From contig JAQGDQ010000053.1 in NCBI GenBank assembly GCA_030141605.1, positions 372,001 to 436,000 of the forward strand: a stretch of 64,000 nt of DNA. The letters are read 5' to 3'. The position numbers and the translations under genes are program-made. This stretch comes from Tubiluchus corallicola. Taxonomy: Eukaryota; Animalia; Priapulida. Each line of letters starts with the position of its first letter. Position 1 is the stretch's first letter. The notes beneath the pieces were generated by a model. It had not been told where the DNA came from and searched no databases. It saw nothing but the letters and a program-made list of their open reading frames with translations. Positions 1 to 29,528 of this stretch are shown here, in pieces.

Positions 1-1708
1 ATCACATTTCATAAGTTATAGAATTGGTACCAGTTTCTACGTTATTGACTTGTTGATGTCATCATGCATGCCATGTTGGAAGAAAATGCCTGGTAAGTGT
101 GATGCCAAGAATTTGGATTTGGCAAAGCCATTATGCATTTTTGGGTTAATAAGTTGTTGGCTGGACCAGCATGATTGGGTGGTAGCTTTTTCACTTCTCT
201 GGCTTGCTTGGCATTGTGCCATAATTATGCTGCTGTTTTCGAGCTGTTGCTTATGCAGTATGCAAGGTGAATATTTTTGTCTGGTTGGCATTAAATAAAA
301 GGTTCTTGCATTGTAAATGTGCTTACTGAAGCCTGAGAATTTTCCTGCTTATGTCAAGCAAGTTAAAATATTATCTAGAAGTGTGTCATGTGCATGGCCT
401 TTTCTGCTGTGTTGGTTTCTTTTAGGCTTTATTATGTTTTAATCGAGGAAATGTTGTTATATTGTTATATTTCAGTAATTACTTTAGAGCCACTTCACAC
501 TGAAGACGTTGCAAAAGAAAAACATTGGTTTCTATAATGCATTTGAGACACCTCCCTCCTTCATACTGTGCGTTTTCTTGTGGAGGACGCCTGTTACAAG
601 CTATGCATTGTCTTTGTGGGGAATATTTCCACGTGGTAGAAATGGGACATGTTCCATTTTTGTGAATATTCCTTACAAAATTTACATTAAAAATTAACTG
701 TTTAATTACAGTGTACTTTTTCTTGTTTAGCATACAACAATTAACTCCTTTCAGTATAAAAATCATAAATTTTCAGCCAACGTTTTATCATATAGACAGT
801 TCTTTGTTTTATTTAAAGGAAGACTGGACAATTGTTTAGACTCAATCTCATTTTCAATTACTGTCCAAAATATACATTTTCTTGCCTATAAAAGTTATCA
901 ATTGTTTCTAATAGAAAGTTAATTAACGGCGTTTGCGTAAGTGTTACTGCTTAAAGGCGTGGTGTCATGAAAATGGGGTCTACGTCATATGGCGCCTTCT
1001 ATTTGTCAGCCACGTGAAGGTGACAAAAAGGCACTGCTGCCAATCTTGGTACATTCACTGAGCCGCGCGTTGCGTTAAAAGTTTAACAAAAGTTGAGTAT
1101 CCGAGGTAATTATTATTTAATCTAAGCTTTGATTTAAAAAAAGCTATTGTAGTTTTCATTGTTTTAGAGCATTCTTTATTCTGAACTAATACTTACACAA
1201 TCATCCGGTTTTCTTTTAAGGAACAGTGACAGTTATATATATTTTTTTAAAAAACTATTAAATTTCTAAAAATTTCAGCTTGCTAAAAGGCACTAGATGC
1301 TAGAGCTAGCTGGTTGTGCATAAAAAACGTTTAAATTATGTGCAGTTTTGTTAGGAAATGAACATTTTTAGTGCGTAGATCATTAAGAATAAATTGTCTT
1401 TTTCTGATTTCATGAGAGTAATTCCCTGTGTCTTTTCCTTTAAATCCCCTATGTGAAATGGACCTTTGATATCCGGTAAACTAGCTTACAGTGTCTTGCA
1501 TTTTACGATGTCACGTTAAGATTTACACCCGCTCTACTCTATTTCATTTTCAAATGTTGGACAGTTGAATATAATGCAAAAATTTTACAGATTAGCCAGT
1601 TACACAGATTTATATGATCACTTACAGTGATGTATTAATTTACTAGATGGTACTAGATGCCACTAGATGCTACATTTATAATATTATAATGATTTCATTT
1701 ATTTCTAG

Positions 1709-17092
<15,384 letters not shown>

Positions 17093-19569
17093 TTATTTTC
17101 TAAAATTGTCCATATTATAGTTTAAAGGGATGAAATTTATGAATGTCAGCATACTGTGCATGAACATGCAATACTCGTTAACACCAAAATAGCTATGTTA
17201 CTCATTAATGTTTGGTGAACTCGAACTGTTTTAACCCTCCAGGATTATTAGTATACCTACTGAGGATGTCTGCTGTATCCAATATTCTGACCACTAGTTC
17301 AGTGATACCATAGTCCATAGGACTTGCTGCAAAGGCATAGAACCTTTTTTTGCAATTTGTAGTCATTTTTTAATGTATTGTCTGCAAATATTAATTTTTT
17401 TGTATGTAGCAGTCAATTCTTAAATTGTGAGTTTGAAGTAATGACAGAATCAATCTCGTTTTTGATTCTATTTAAAGCTCGAAATACTCACAAGCCAAAT
17501 TTATTTAAATATAAACAAGACTCTGTTTTAATGGGATTGTTGGTATACAAAAAGATTGCTTGCTCAAATTTTTGCTAGTCATTGTAATACGAGTCATCAC
17601 CAAAAGTGACGTCATATTACCCTTGTTATAAGCAGTTATAAAGAGAGATTATTATGTGACCACTTGCTCTATTTCCTTACTGTGATGTTTTATAGCTTGA
17701 CTAATTGCTTGCCACATTTTTAAATAAATGATTCCGGTGTTGGGTGTCCCCATAAGTTTCATAATTTTTCAACACATTCTAAGTCATACCACAAATTTTC
17801 AAATTGCTCATACCCATATTTGCAGTTACATTATTAAAGAAATTACCATAACTGGGGCAGAATTATATGCTCACTTTAACGTTTACCTACTACTACTGCC
17901 ATACCAAGTAAGAGATAATTTCATTAATTAAAGTTTTAAAACCATTAGTTTTTTTATGTTGCTAGAAGTCACACCAGCATTTCAGATTAGAATAATACTA
18001 TGTGCTTAGCAAAATGCTGAGTATAGTGATATGAACGTGGGGTAAAGAAGCTTTTGTCGAAGATTTTGTAAAGCATCAAGAGAAATTATATGATGGAAAT
18101 TTGTATCATTAAGCCTTGATAATCGTATGCAATAGGTTTTCTATAGTAGAAATTGCAGTAAGACTTTATGTTTGCCCACTAGGCCTTTAATATTGTAAAA
18201 TTTTGTAAAGTAACATCAAAAGAAACTATATGATGACTCTTGTTCTTAAATTGTTTGACCACCTTGATTACATTCAGTTGGATACATGTAGTGAACTAAA
18301 CTATTCAGTAAACTGCAGCATCTACGCTGCAGCAGATCAGTGAATGCACTTATTTTTGATGTTCTGGTTCAAATTTTGTTACCAAATCTCAGTGTCGGGC
18401 GCTAGCCCGAAACGTTCCAGACACAGCAAGTATATATCTGTATCAGGCCATAACTGTGATAACTAAGATGATTAGTTATTGTGACTTATCTGCTATACAT
18501 GTCGTGATTTCATGTTCAATCCAAGGACTTGAATGTGTGATGTGGATAATGATCTCTAGATTAATGACAATGTTAATTATGGAAAGTCCATTCGTTTAAA
18601 TTTTAATAATTTATGGCAAAAAAATCTGTACTCACTCACGAGTGTCAGCACCTGTACTGAGCTATGTATGTCAAATAGTATTAAGGCCTGGTCTTCTGCC
18701 CTGTGCGAAGATGTTCATGTGGTCTTGGATTTTGACTTCAGGCATTTTATTACTTTTATTTAATTCCATACTGAAATAATTACCATACTAAAAAGTCAGA
18801 AGTTTATTGTCAGTATCTGTATCAGTACTATTAATAGTGACATAAGCTCTTGGTGGCACTTTTGCTTATGAAACTTTTGCCATGATTTCTTTCATTAGGG
18901 ATATATTTTCTATGGATTCGAGGTATCAGCCTTCACATTGAACTTTTACTGAATTCCCACGTTGTCCAAGTTATTTATAATATTGTGTAATCAGTCATTT
19001 GGGAATAAGTTATGTTTTACGCCTTTTTTGCACAGTATTCTTCTCAAAGATATGCTATTAATTTACTGAAATAGACAATGTGTTTAATTTTTCTTTGTTT
19101 ATTTCAAAAGATATACAATGGACATCATTCTTTATAAGTGGTGCAGTGTATATCGGTACGTAGTCAATGGACTTTATTTTTATTTTTCTAAAGTGTATAT
19201 CAAAAGATCGACAATTGATTTAAGTGAACTATAAAACCTGGTGAATGAATTTTATTTGTCTTCAATGTAGTTTTAAAAAAATTATTTGTAATTTAATTTT
19301 TTGCAATGTCTGAAAAAATAACCAAAGAATTCTACATTCGGACAGTGAAATTAAGGAAGTAAGTCTATGGCTTTCACTGCTTCTACAATGTATTTAAAAA
19401 ATGGTGAGAGTTTTAGCTTTTAAAAATTTTATAATCGACAGTGTACTTTAAGATAAACGCACACCTGCTGTGTATGCGTGACACGTATGCACCTGTACAA
19501 GTATCTGTATTTACAAGACACCAAATTTCATCAGTGAAGATGTAGCTCCTCTGTGGTTCCCCAATCACT

Positions 19570-19660
19570 TACAACAACAACAAAATATCAACAACAACAC
19601 CAGCATCACTGTCACCACCACCACACCACTACCGCCGTCACTACTGCCAACACCAACAAC
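19570..19660. repeat. (CAA)n/(CAC)n trinucleotide tract
   Basis: Direct reading. Confidence 0.8.
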
Positions 19661-21599
19661 AGTTATTAAAGTCAAACAGCACAGTCGGACAAAATCATTT
19701 AAATCGTTTTGTGCCATGAAATGTACAGTAACTGGTAGCAGCTGGGACAGCATGATTTGTCATCTTCATCATCGTATGTACACTTGGCAGTGGGGTAAAT
19801 ACAATTAAACAAATTAAATAAAGCATAACTATGGATATCATTGTCAATATTAGAAAATACATTGTTTAAATAAAATCAATTATTAATTTTACAATAATTT
19901 TAGGATACACTAAAATCCATTGCCTAAATTTTGAATGCACATTGTAGAAAAATAAAATTCATTACTAATGTATTGAAATACTTTGTAGAAAAATGGAAAA
20001 CGTTGTCTAGCTCTAAAAACAAATGGGAGAAATATAAAATGCCTTGTCCAAACTATGAAATACTCTGCAAAAAAGTTAGTGTGCAGCCCAAGATATTTGT
20101 GCAAGAATTACCACTAGCAGGCCAAACATTAGTTGTAAGTTTAGATTTTTGCTTTTTCAAGTTTTTGATGGCAGGCCATTTGATAAACCCATGAATTCCC
20201 AAGCCCAAGATGTTGCTCCATCGAAGTATGACCGAATTTTGGCAGATACGATTAAGACTGATTAGTCTGATAACATGGTTATTGGCAAATTAATTGTGTT
20301 TACTGTTTGGGAAAAAATTATTCAAGACGCACACCACTCACTCTGAACTAATGGGTGCATTTTAATTTAACCAACTTTGTAATGCACATAAAGAAATAAT
20401 AGTCCGATTTTTGGACTTAATTGTTTATGGTAACAGTTAAAAATCAATTATGTTTCCAATGACAAAAGTATCACCGAGACACTTTGATAAGGAATAATAA
20501 GACACAGCATTATCAGTCACTGATGGTGTAAGAGAGTACTAAAAGTACCTACAACCTCCACCCTGTTTGGATAGCCATCAAAATAGTCGAGAGAATGCTT
20601 TCTTTAGAAAAAATATCTTAAAATATTCATTTGCACAGTATTTGCTTGTTACAATAATTTCTGTGATGAGTTGGACCAAAAATATTTTCTCTTTAATAAA
20701 TTATTGAACTTACGTAAATTAAATTATTTGTTTCTTGTGTTAGGTAGATATAAATTATATGCATGAGTTACTAAACCTATATAATTAAAGACTATCAATA
20801 TATCTAATCATGCTTCATTTCACATCTATTATATTGTTGGTAAATTTGTGTTGAATGATTTAGTGCATACAAGTGTTTTTACTACCAAATGTCAAAGAGA
20901 AGCCTGAAAAATGCATCTTGGATAAATCTGTAGTAAAAGTTAGTCCGGAATACAAAACATTAGGTTATTTGCTCATTGAATTTGTTCTTCAACTGCCTGG
21001 ATACACATGCAATTTCAATTAGAGTGCAATTTCTTGTTGCCATGAAGCCATTTTTTTTCATGAACTTGTCAGTTAAAAATTCATTTTTAGTGCTATAGAA
21101 TCCATTTTATTGTAAAAATACCAACACAATGTAAAAACTGGCTAATATTGTATTGTGAGGTGGAAAGTGATGATGTCCACTGCTACTATCTGATTTTTAA
21201 ATTGTCACTGCTGATCATAGTCTGGTGAAATAATTTGTACAATGAAATCTGTTGAATCTTGTTATGCCACTTAATTGTCAGTTTAACCTTCTGTTGTTCA
21301 ATTGAAGTTTTTCTCTGTTAAATTTTTTATAAACTTTATTACAACTACAAAATGTAGCTTACATAATTAGCTAGTTATCCGATATCTAAATTTCGTCATT
21401 AGCTTAATGGTGAGGTAGTAATGTAAACCACCTTACGCTTTTCAAAATGATCCTGAAGGTTTTACTATAAAGGAACTTAATAAATTCCATTTCAGAGATA
21501 TATTTAAAAAATGTACGTTTTAATAGCATTGATATTTCATCGCAAATACAAAAATCTAACAACATGACATGTCAACAAAAAATAATAGTCATTAAGTAA

Positions 21600-21975
21600 A
21601 ATTTTCTAGCTAACAATCGGAGCTGTTTTTGTACTAATTTTCTGAGAATTTGATAAAGTCAACTTAACAGTAGTACACTTTAGTATTGTTAGAATTTTAT
21701 CACAAACAAAAAACTGTATGGCATTCTAACTAAAACTAACAGCTACTTTCTAGCTGACAAGCAGTTTAGTTCTCATAGTAATTTGAAAAAATACTATTAC
21801 ATCTCACAAAGTTAAGTGAACAATGGTACACTTTAGTAGTGTTTGAATCACAAACAAAAACAATTGCATGGCATAATAACTAAAAAAACTAACACTCATT
21901 TCCTAAACTAACAACCAGTCAGTTTATAATAATCAATATAACAGACCATAAAGTTAAGCCAGCAGTAGAATTTCC
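21600..21975. repeat. Diverged ~150-bp tandem duplication downstream of the GPx4 SECIS
   Basis: GTACACTTTAGTA.TGTT.GAAT..ATCACAAACAAAAA...ATGGCAT..TAACTAAAA occurs near 21673 and 21826, with partial flanking units. Confidence 0.7.
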
Positions 21976-21994
21976 TTCATGAAGCTGAAGTCAA

Positions 21995-22062
21995 TTTATG
22001 CATTTATATCAGACAAAACCTCACCATTGGTTTTTGAAGCAAGTCTTCATTAAAGCACATTA
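21995..22062 (-). promoter_or_regulatory. SECIS element in GPx4 3'UTR
   Basis: Minus-strand RNA reads UGUGCUUUA-AUGAA-GACUUGCUUC-AAAAA-CCAAUGG-UGAGGUUUUGUC-UGAU-AUAAAUGCAUA. It has the AUGA/GA quartet core, a helix II of about 11 bp with mismatches, unpaired AA, a small apical mini-helix (type 2-like) and helix I UGUGC/GCAUA. It starts about 60 nt after the stop codon. Confidence 0.9.
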
Positions 22063-22122
22063 TTGGCTTTCACACCGACGAAGAGTATTCTACTTGACAG
22101 ACTTCACTCGACTACACTGTGA

Positions 22123-25100
22123 TTAGAAATACTTCTCTAGATCTTTCACTAAATCCTATAATGTAATAAAACCAATGTACATCAAAATTATTGCATACCA
22201 CATTATCTGCACATACTAATGAGATCATGCAAGCTTAAACATTCTAATATCAAAACTGCATTTTTATTTTTTTGAAGATCATCATAAAAATGCTTTCTGA
22301 AATGCTGATTCGCTTATAATGAGTTCCAAGAGACAATGTGCAGGTTGTAGAAAATAAGCTGGTCGATCATGGTCAGCACTAGTTGAGGTCTAATCACAGA
22401 ATTGAACTCATCAATGGGAATTAGTGACAACTGCCATGATGAATAAGCGAGCACGCTCGTACAAACCCCACATTTAGGCAAAATGTTTTAATATAAATGA
22501 GCAGACTTAATATTTTTGTTGCTCATTTATTTTAAAGGAAGGCTGACTGGCTTATTTGCTTTATAATTACGCCTTTGCATTTTGCAGTGCTTTGAAACTT
22601 GTCTCTACATTCTGTTTAAATTGAAAAGTTATTTTTTGGCTACTCGAAGTGTTAATTTCGTGTAAAAGCTGTTGCTCTGCAAATTTGTGTGTATGAAAAA
22701 GCACAATCAGTTTATCTGTTGATTAGACATTAATTGTGACCGTCATGCTTTTTAGTTCACTAAAGACAGTTGTTATCCAGCGTGAGCTGCTGTCTCAAAT
22801 ACCGCTGAGCATGCTATGTCACAGCGGAGGCAGAGCAACAAACCAATATGGTTGACGTCAATTGTTTGAGTGTATGTACAAGGTAGAAATAAAGCCTACA
22901 AGGCGAGTATGACTTAACGATGAAAATAGCACTTTCCTTTGAGAATGACACAATTTTCTTAACGAGTGCTACTGTTCAGCAACTATTTTATCACAAAAGA
23001 GTAAACTAGAGTGTTTATACTCTGTTATTTATATAATTAAGGCAGATATTGTATTTAATAAGTCCCTCATTCCTGCATAAAATAGCCCCACAAATTGCTT
23101 TTCTAAACCACTGCTGTAACTCATTGTAACATCTGCTAATAGCTGAGTGTTTGGCATGCGTGTTATAATTGTTTAATGTGCAACACAAACACCCTGAATG
23201 TCTGCATGGGTGGAGCACATGGCTGGTTTTTAATAGCCGTGCAGGGCTTACAGGTGCAATATAATTTATGAGTATGAGCGGTACAGGCCTACATCTCTAA
23301 TAATTAAGTCTGCAATCTGGCTAGCCTGTGTTTGATTTAATGTGGAATAACTGTATTTATTTAATACAGTATTTTGATTAAAAACTCAACTTTCAAGAGT
23401 TTACACGGTCACAGAATTACATACATGTACTTTGCAAAGCAGAAAGCAAAACAATTATTTTTTTAAAAGCTTGGTTATTTTTGCCTACCTCATTAAACTG
23501 CATCACAGCTTTATTCAAGGAACTATCAAGTTTTAAAAGACATGAGAAAACGTAATTACTAGTTGCTGCTGATGACTCAAAAACTTGCTGAACTTTAGCA
23601 TGGCGTCAACTGCATCATTTAAGCTAACACATTAACAGTTTTTTTTTATTTCTGAATCATCATGCCTGCTTTCTTCATTCCGACATTAAGCTATAGTTAC
23701 AGTAGCCATGCAGCGGCAGACTCACCAGCACGTTTGCAGCTGTACTTGATACAAATGATTTTACGCACGACCAACAAATTAATCCTAATGTATATAGTGG
23801 TCATTTGCCCATTGTTTCAGAGCTCACATTCGTTATATGCAGAGGGAGAACAATTCACAAGATGGCAAAATTCCCTCGTAATAAGCAAAACCTCATAATA
23901 TCTGAACTCGTTGTAAGCAAGGTTTAATTAAGCCTAAGATTTGAAGGGACATTGAAATTTGCTCGTAATAAATAAAGGCCTCGTTATAAGTAGATTATAC
24001 TGTGGGTACTTTGCATACTAAACAAGTTAGGGGATGTTAAAAAGTCAGATGAGGGGGCTTTGCATTCTTTTTTAAAGTTTCATACATTCAGAAACACGTC
24101 ACTAAATTGCTCCCTTACATATCATTAATAGCTATTCTTACAAAATGGGGCTTCACTAAATAACTATTGTTTTGGCTCTTCTGCAAATTTTTAATAAGAA
24201 AACATCATTTTCAAAGGACTTTCATTACATATTTTACAACATTCATACTTGCAGCAATACAACACAAAAGAGACAAGACAAAAATTAAACTGAATCTTTA
24301 TGAACATTAAGGCAGCATGAGTTAGACTGATTTGACTCAAAGATGTAAATGTGATACTATACTGACAACAGGTGCTTTAATAAACTCACAGTACTTACTT
24401 TCGGAGCTACGTTAGGAGCATATCGTTTCACCGGTTGACCTTCTTTATCAATAACAAATTTGGTAAAATTCCACTTAATAAAACTGAAATAAGAAAAAGA
24501 AGCATTATGTTAGGCCGCTGCAACATGTAAGTTTCTGTTTGACTATTTATCAGTTCATTATAACTGGTTCCATCAGTCAACCATCAACAAATGAAAACTG
24601 TGAAGTGTGACATTATTAAAGCAAAATGAAAAAATCTCAATCAGAAAGGGGTTATATCACTTTAAGCGAGCGTTTCATGGTGCTCACGACTTTGGCGGCT
24701 ACTCAAAAACTTCTAAGTCCAACTGTCACCAACTATGCTCCAAAAGATCCCCAAATAATCGCAAAACATTTGCGCATGTTCGTCAATGTCATCAAAAGGT
24801 TGCTAACTTTGGCACGAAATTTCAAAATTTTTAAACGTTGTCGCCAAATCACAGAACTTGCCACCTCTCCCCCAAACTTCTCCAAACTGTCATAAAGTTG
24901 CTCAAACAAGTGCCTAACCTACGCAGATACGTCGTCAATTATTCGTGATGTATGTAAACAATTTCAATATCCATGAAAGCTGAGATGCTTTTGAGAGTGC
25001 TGCAACAACTATGTTTAAACATTTTGGAGAACCTCAGTTGTCCCATACTTCTTTCTGAGAAAATTCTGTGAAATGGTCATGAAATGATCGCAATACACTC

Positions 25101-28100
25101 ACACGAATGTTGCATAAGTGTTACAAAAGTCATAAAACATGTGTAAGCGTGTGCAAATTTCCTATGACAGTCTCGCGAAAATCGCCGGAGAAAAAAGCCC
25201 AAAATTTGCAAAAAAAGTTGCAAAAATTGCACAAAATTGTTTAGAACGTCTCTCGTGAGTGATTTGCGACCCAGGTGACAAAACAGTAGCGACAATTTTT
25301 TGGCAACTGTTAGACTTTCTATCGTCACAAAGAAGTCGCTACCCCATGAAATGCTGGCTTTAACATTCTGCATGACAAAACAATCGTAGTACATACACAA
25401 ACTAACAGTACTTTTGTATGAAAGCATAATTTTCATAAATTATTTGGACAGGAGACATTTTGTTACAAGAAATACAAAATGTGACAGTACTTTATCTAAC
25501 GTTTGGCTTTGCAAGCAACTTACTTGTGAAATATAAATAAACAAAATTACAAAAAAGGGTTCTATTTGCACTAAGCACTTTCTCCCACTTATCTAGAGTT
25601 TGAGCCACAAGCTCTACAAAATACATTATATCAAAGCATTGAAGATTACATTGAGTTAGGTAGTGTTTTACTCTATACTTTATTTTTGCGTTTACTCATA
25701 CAAAAAAATTTACTTACTTTCCCAAGGTACCGCCCTGCTTGTGTTTCAGGTATTTCCAAAGAGGGTGGGCATTATCCCCATTAACATTTATCTTGCTAAA
25801 CATGTCAAACTTAACATTATACCCAGCCGCAAATTCTTTTATTTCAGCATCTGAGCCTGGTTCCTAAAAAATATCAACATTTACAATGTTAAAAAAGAGA
25901 CTACATTTACTATAAGCCAGCTTCTTTAATAAAATTCATACAGCACAGTTTGCTATAAACAGTTATTATGACTATTACATTTTTATAATGACTAGCAATA
26001 AAAAGAAAAATAGAAAAAATACAGTTGTCATTTGGTTACTGTTGTGATTACAATTTGGTGATAATGAAACATGAGGAGTGGCAAAACGAAGTAAGTTTGA
26101 AGTCTGTTACTTTTAGAACAAAACTCGTGTATCATTGTCACAATCATAATGTGTAGATAGCTTTTGTTTGCTGTTCTGCAAATTTTGCAATTCTAGTTTG
26201 AAAGGCAAAGTATTATTTTGTAACTGTGCTACACTGTGCTACTGCAGGGTCTATAAACATGTTGTGCATCTATATGTGCCAGAAGAGAAGTTAATATTAT
26301 ATTTTTATTGGAAATATTCTAGTTCTTGTCTGGGGCACCAGAAACCGACAGTTGCATATGTGTTAGAAAGAAAAATGGTGGTGACCCATTAATCATTTGC
26401 TTTGGATAATACATTGTCCAGAAAAAGCTCATGGTCACGAAAAAAATCTACTTCCATGTATGGGGATAATATTTTTACTGATCTCAGCTAACTAAAGAAA
26501 CTATCTGAAGAAATATGAAACAACCGAAGAAACTACAACTAAGGTTACGAGAGAAGAAACTTGGATAAAGTCCAATCTCTTATTCAGTCTGACTGGTAAG
26601 TAAAATCAAAATACAGTGAAGCAAGGCTGTTTTTTTGGAATTAACAAAGATAAAAATTCCACTGACTGGAAAAGTATGCCGTAAAATCTCCCAAAAGGCT
26701 TTTGAAATTTATGTATAATGCAGCAAACTACCCACTAATTACCACCTTTCTGTCTAGGCAAGAAAGCACAGCCAAGTACTCAAACTGCAACTCCATTGAA
26801 TTTGAAAAAAATGAACTAGGTTGTTGTTGCTGTGGCACCTAGTATGTCTACTTTTACAAGTTTTACAAGAATTCAGAATGTGACACAAAGCAGATATACT
26901 AGGCACCATAACAACATAGTTCATTTTTTTCGTAGCTTCAAACATTAAGTAGCTTCTTTAATGTCTGCCAAGATTTCAAACAGAATTAGCTATCTGTGTC
27001 ACCTTTGAATATTCTTAAATTCAAAAATGAACCTGGATCGGCAAATCCAACATTTTTCAACCGGTAAATATTTTCAAGCTTGATTCTCAGTAAAATTTAT
27101 TATGTTATATCATTGCAAAAATTTTAGACGATATTGAAGACATGAAATTCGACCCTAATTCTGTACTTTTTAATCTATATTGCAACAGTCTTTCAGATTA
27201 CTGTACAATTATACATTTTTGTAAGTTATAAAAAATCTGTTAGTCCTAGTGTTCATCAGATTACATGCTGCGTTTGTGTGTATAACAAAACTTTTGGAAT
27301 TCCTGCTTGTGAATTAAAAGCCCTAACGACCAGAACGTATGTATTTATTTATCTATAACAAACAAAATGCTCTTATACTACTACTAACAGATATTAAACA
27401 GACAAAAGCAGTACTAGACACACAAAGTAATGCAGAAATCACCTACCTGGCTACCAAATTGGTTGCATGGAAAGGCAAGGATGCGAAGGCCACTACTCTC
27501 AGCATACTGCTCATGAAGCTCCTGAAGCTGAGTGTAGTTGGCCTTTGTGAAACCTCATTTAGATGCAACGTTTACTATGATACACGGATGACCCCTTAAA
27601 AAATAAACATACCTATTTCACTATGTCTTGACAATTTGTTACCCTTTATTTTTCACTGCACAAAACTGGCTCCTCCTTTAGGTACCTCCTTGCACGTGCT
27701 TGGGGTATTTTCCATCAGTATTTATCTTTCTACACAGAATAAATTTAATGTGCAAATTCTTTGAGCGTGTTTCCTAAAATTAATTGATGTGTAGTGTACA
27801 GTATAAATAAAGACAAAAGCGTACGTACTTATATACACACACTTGCACATATGTGTATACGCACACACGCTTATACACACACATGCATATATGTACATTC
27901 ACAGGCACGCACGCACGCACACACACACACATGCATATATGTACATTCACAGGCACGCACGCACGCACACACACACACACACAGAAATTTTTAAAAGAAA
28001 TTTCAATGTAATACAAGAGGATGTTCGCATAGTTATTACTAGAACTAGCAAAGGTAGATGATATTTACAAAAACACCCAAACAGCATGTAGAGCACAATA

Positions 28101-29528
28101 TTCACGTCTTGTTAATAGCTAACATCGAACACGAGCTAGAGCAACCCCAAGTTAAAATTAAACAAGGTTCAATCAGAATACAGTTAGTTAAACAATAATA
28201 AAAATTGTGATAATGCAAAATAAATAACTTCATACATACTTTCTAAACTGCCTGCCACTACATTCCCACACACACTAAGTATATAATTAGTTTTCAGTGC
28301 CCTTTCAAGTTATTCAGTAGGCAAAAAAAATCAGAGAAAAAATATTATTTTCCTCAGCAAACAATCAAAGGAAGCAAGATTAAAAAATACACTATTTACG
28401 TGTATTTGCTCAACAACACCTCACTGCCATCGATATCTTTTGCTGAAAACTCGTAGATAGACTTTGCATTTTTCCATGCATCTTTTTCTCCAGATGCAGC
28501 CTAGATAGATAAAAAATACAGCATAATTAAAAATTTATTGCACAAAACAATGATATATCCAAATGTAATTTTCGAATCTTTTGCTTACTTGAACTCATTT
28601 TACTATTATCAGCAAGCGCTACATCAACATCAAGTAGTTTGTGCATGCTTTGGAAAGGCCAGAGTCCAAAACTATAAATGTTCTGCATGAATATAACTAA
28701 CAAATTATCACCTGCTTTGCAACCAAATTCGTAATAAATTAGGCCACCATACTAAAGGCTTACAAAATCTCTCTAAAATCGTACAATTACATTTTCACAC
28801 AAATTGAACTGTTATAAAATATATATATACTTTTTACATTTGTCGCAATGTGGGCTTAGTGACCAAGGTCAAGCAATACTGAGCACGATTAAATGCATGA
28901 GTAGCAGTCGCCTAGAAAAATCACTTCCGGTCATTTCAATTACCTTTCTGCCACCATGCAGTTGAGTGAGATTGTATATACACGTTACATGGCCACAACA
29001 CCTGTCTGCCAGTTCAGCGTCTGACCCTTAATAATTAGATTGGTTCCAGTTCTGCCACAATCATCACCACAGTAATAAGATCCTGCCAAGGTGTGGTGGA
29101 TAAAACCATATTGCTGTGTGCTGAACTGTATTAACCAGATGGTATTTTTACAATTATAATTATAAATGCATGTTCTTAAGAATTTTTTGCATTACTCGCA
29201 ATGACAAATTTAGAAAATTACATGGCTACATTAGTGCAATTGAGTGCACATAGCCTATTTTCCCAAAACAGCCATGTTTGTAAGAGCAGCCAAACCCATC
29301 TCATTTGCCTGTACAGTTTCTCTTAACTTCAAAAGATGTAAACACTTGTGGTAATTTATTCTAGAAAACTGGCACCCGACACAGGAATATTCTACCAATT
29401 TCAGTATAATTTATATTTTAGCAAAATGGAAATTGCTATTAAGCGCTTACCATGACTGAAAGTCTAACTGCACAGACACCCGCAACTACTCCACCAACAG
29501 CCAGCAGACGATGCCCAACACTCAACAT
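22123..29528 (-). CDS. GPX4: Phospholipid hydroperoxide glutathione peroxidase (GPx4), selenoprotein, spliced
   Basis: Minus-strand exons 29528-29451, 28500-28400, 27594-27447, 25863-25718, 24483-24399, 22155-22123 (TAA), all GT-AG and in frame (196 aa). Translation: [51 protein letters not shown]...IVNVASK(U)[10 protein letters not shown]...[17 protein letters not shown]...[23 protein letters not shown]...[14 protein letters not shown]...DLEKYF. The TGA at 27557-27555 occupies the catalytic Sec position. Gln, Trp and Asn of the GPx tetrad are present. Confidence 0.96.
24665..25359. mobile_element. PIF/Harbinger-like MITE in a GPx4 intron
   Basis: Imperfect TIRs AGCGAGCGTTTCATGG / CCATGAAATGCTGGCT flanked by TTA on both sides. 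Confidence 0.6.
27830..27983. repeat. CA-rich low-complexity tract with a duplicated ~48-bp unit
   Basis: ACACACACATGCATATATGTACATTCACAGGCACGCACGCACGCAC occurs twice in tandem. Confidence 0.85.
28858..28925 (+). mobile_element. 5S rRNA-derived SINE-like relic
   Basis: ACCAAGGTCAAGCAATACTGAGCACGATTA...GTCGCCTAGAAAAATC aligns by eye to the A-box-to-C-box part of 5S rRNA. A related copy lies at 43650-43713. Confidence 0.4.

Noticed and set aside
951-1445. TTAAAGG-starting segment suggesting another Kolobok-like element
   Set aside because: The left end resembles the family, but no matching right TIR could be identified. The same applies to TTAAAGG starts near 6008, 22532 and 39236.
18385-18418. 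Hammerhead-ribozyme-like stem GGGC-GCTA-GCCC followed by GAAACGTT
   Set aside because: The required CUGANGA core before stem II is absent (CTCAGTGTC). At best a decayed Penelope-type relic.
19306-20530. Possible small spliced gene between TTC39 and GPx4 (ATG 19306, donors near 19359 and 20135, acceptor 19903)
   Set aside because: Joining the candidate exons hits a stop after about 20 codons and shows no homology. A lncRNA cannot be excluded without RNA data.
21167-21216. C/D box snoRNA-like arrangement GTGATGA...CTGA...CTGA
   Set aside because: Only about 50 nt long, not intronic, and no recognisable rRNA-complementary guide.
21925-21982. Second AUGA downstream of the GPx4 SECIS as a possible second SECIS
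   Set aside because: No helix II pairing or correctly spaced GA partner.
27555-27557. GPx4 as a pseudogene because of the in-frame TGA
   Set aside because: The TGA is at the catalytic Sec position, all splice sites and frames are intact, and a SECIS is present.
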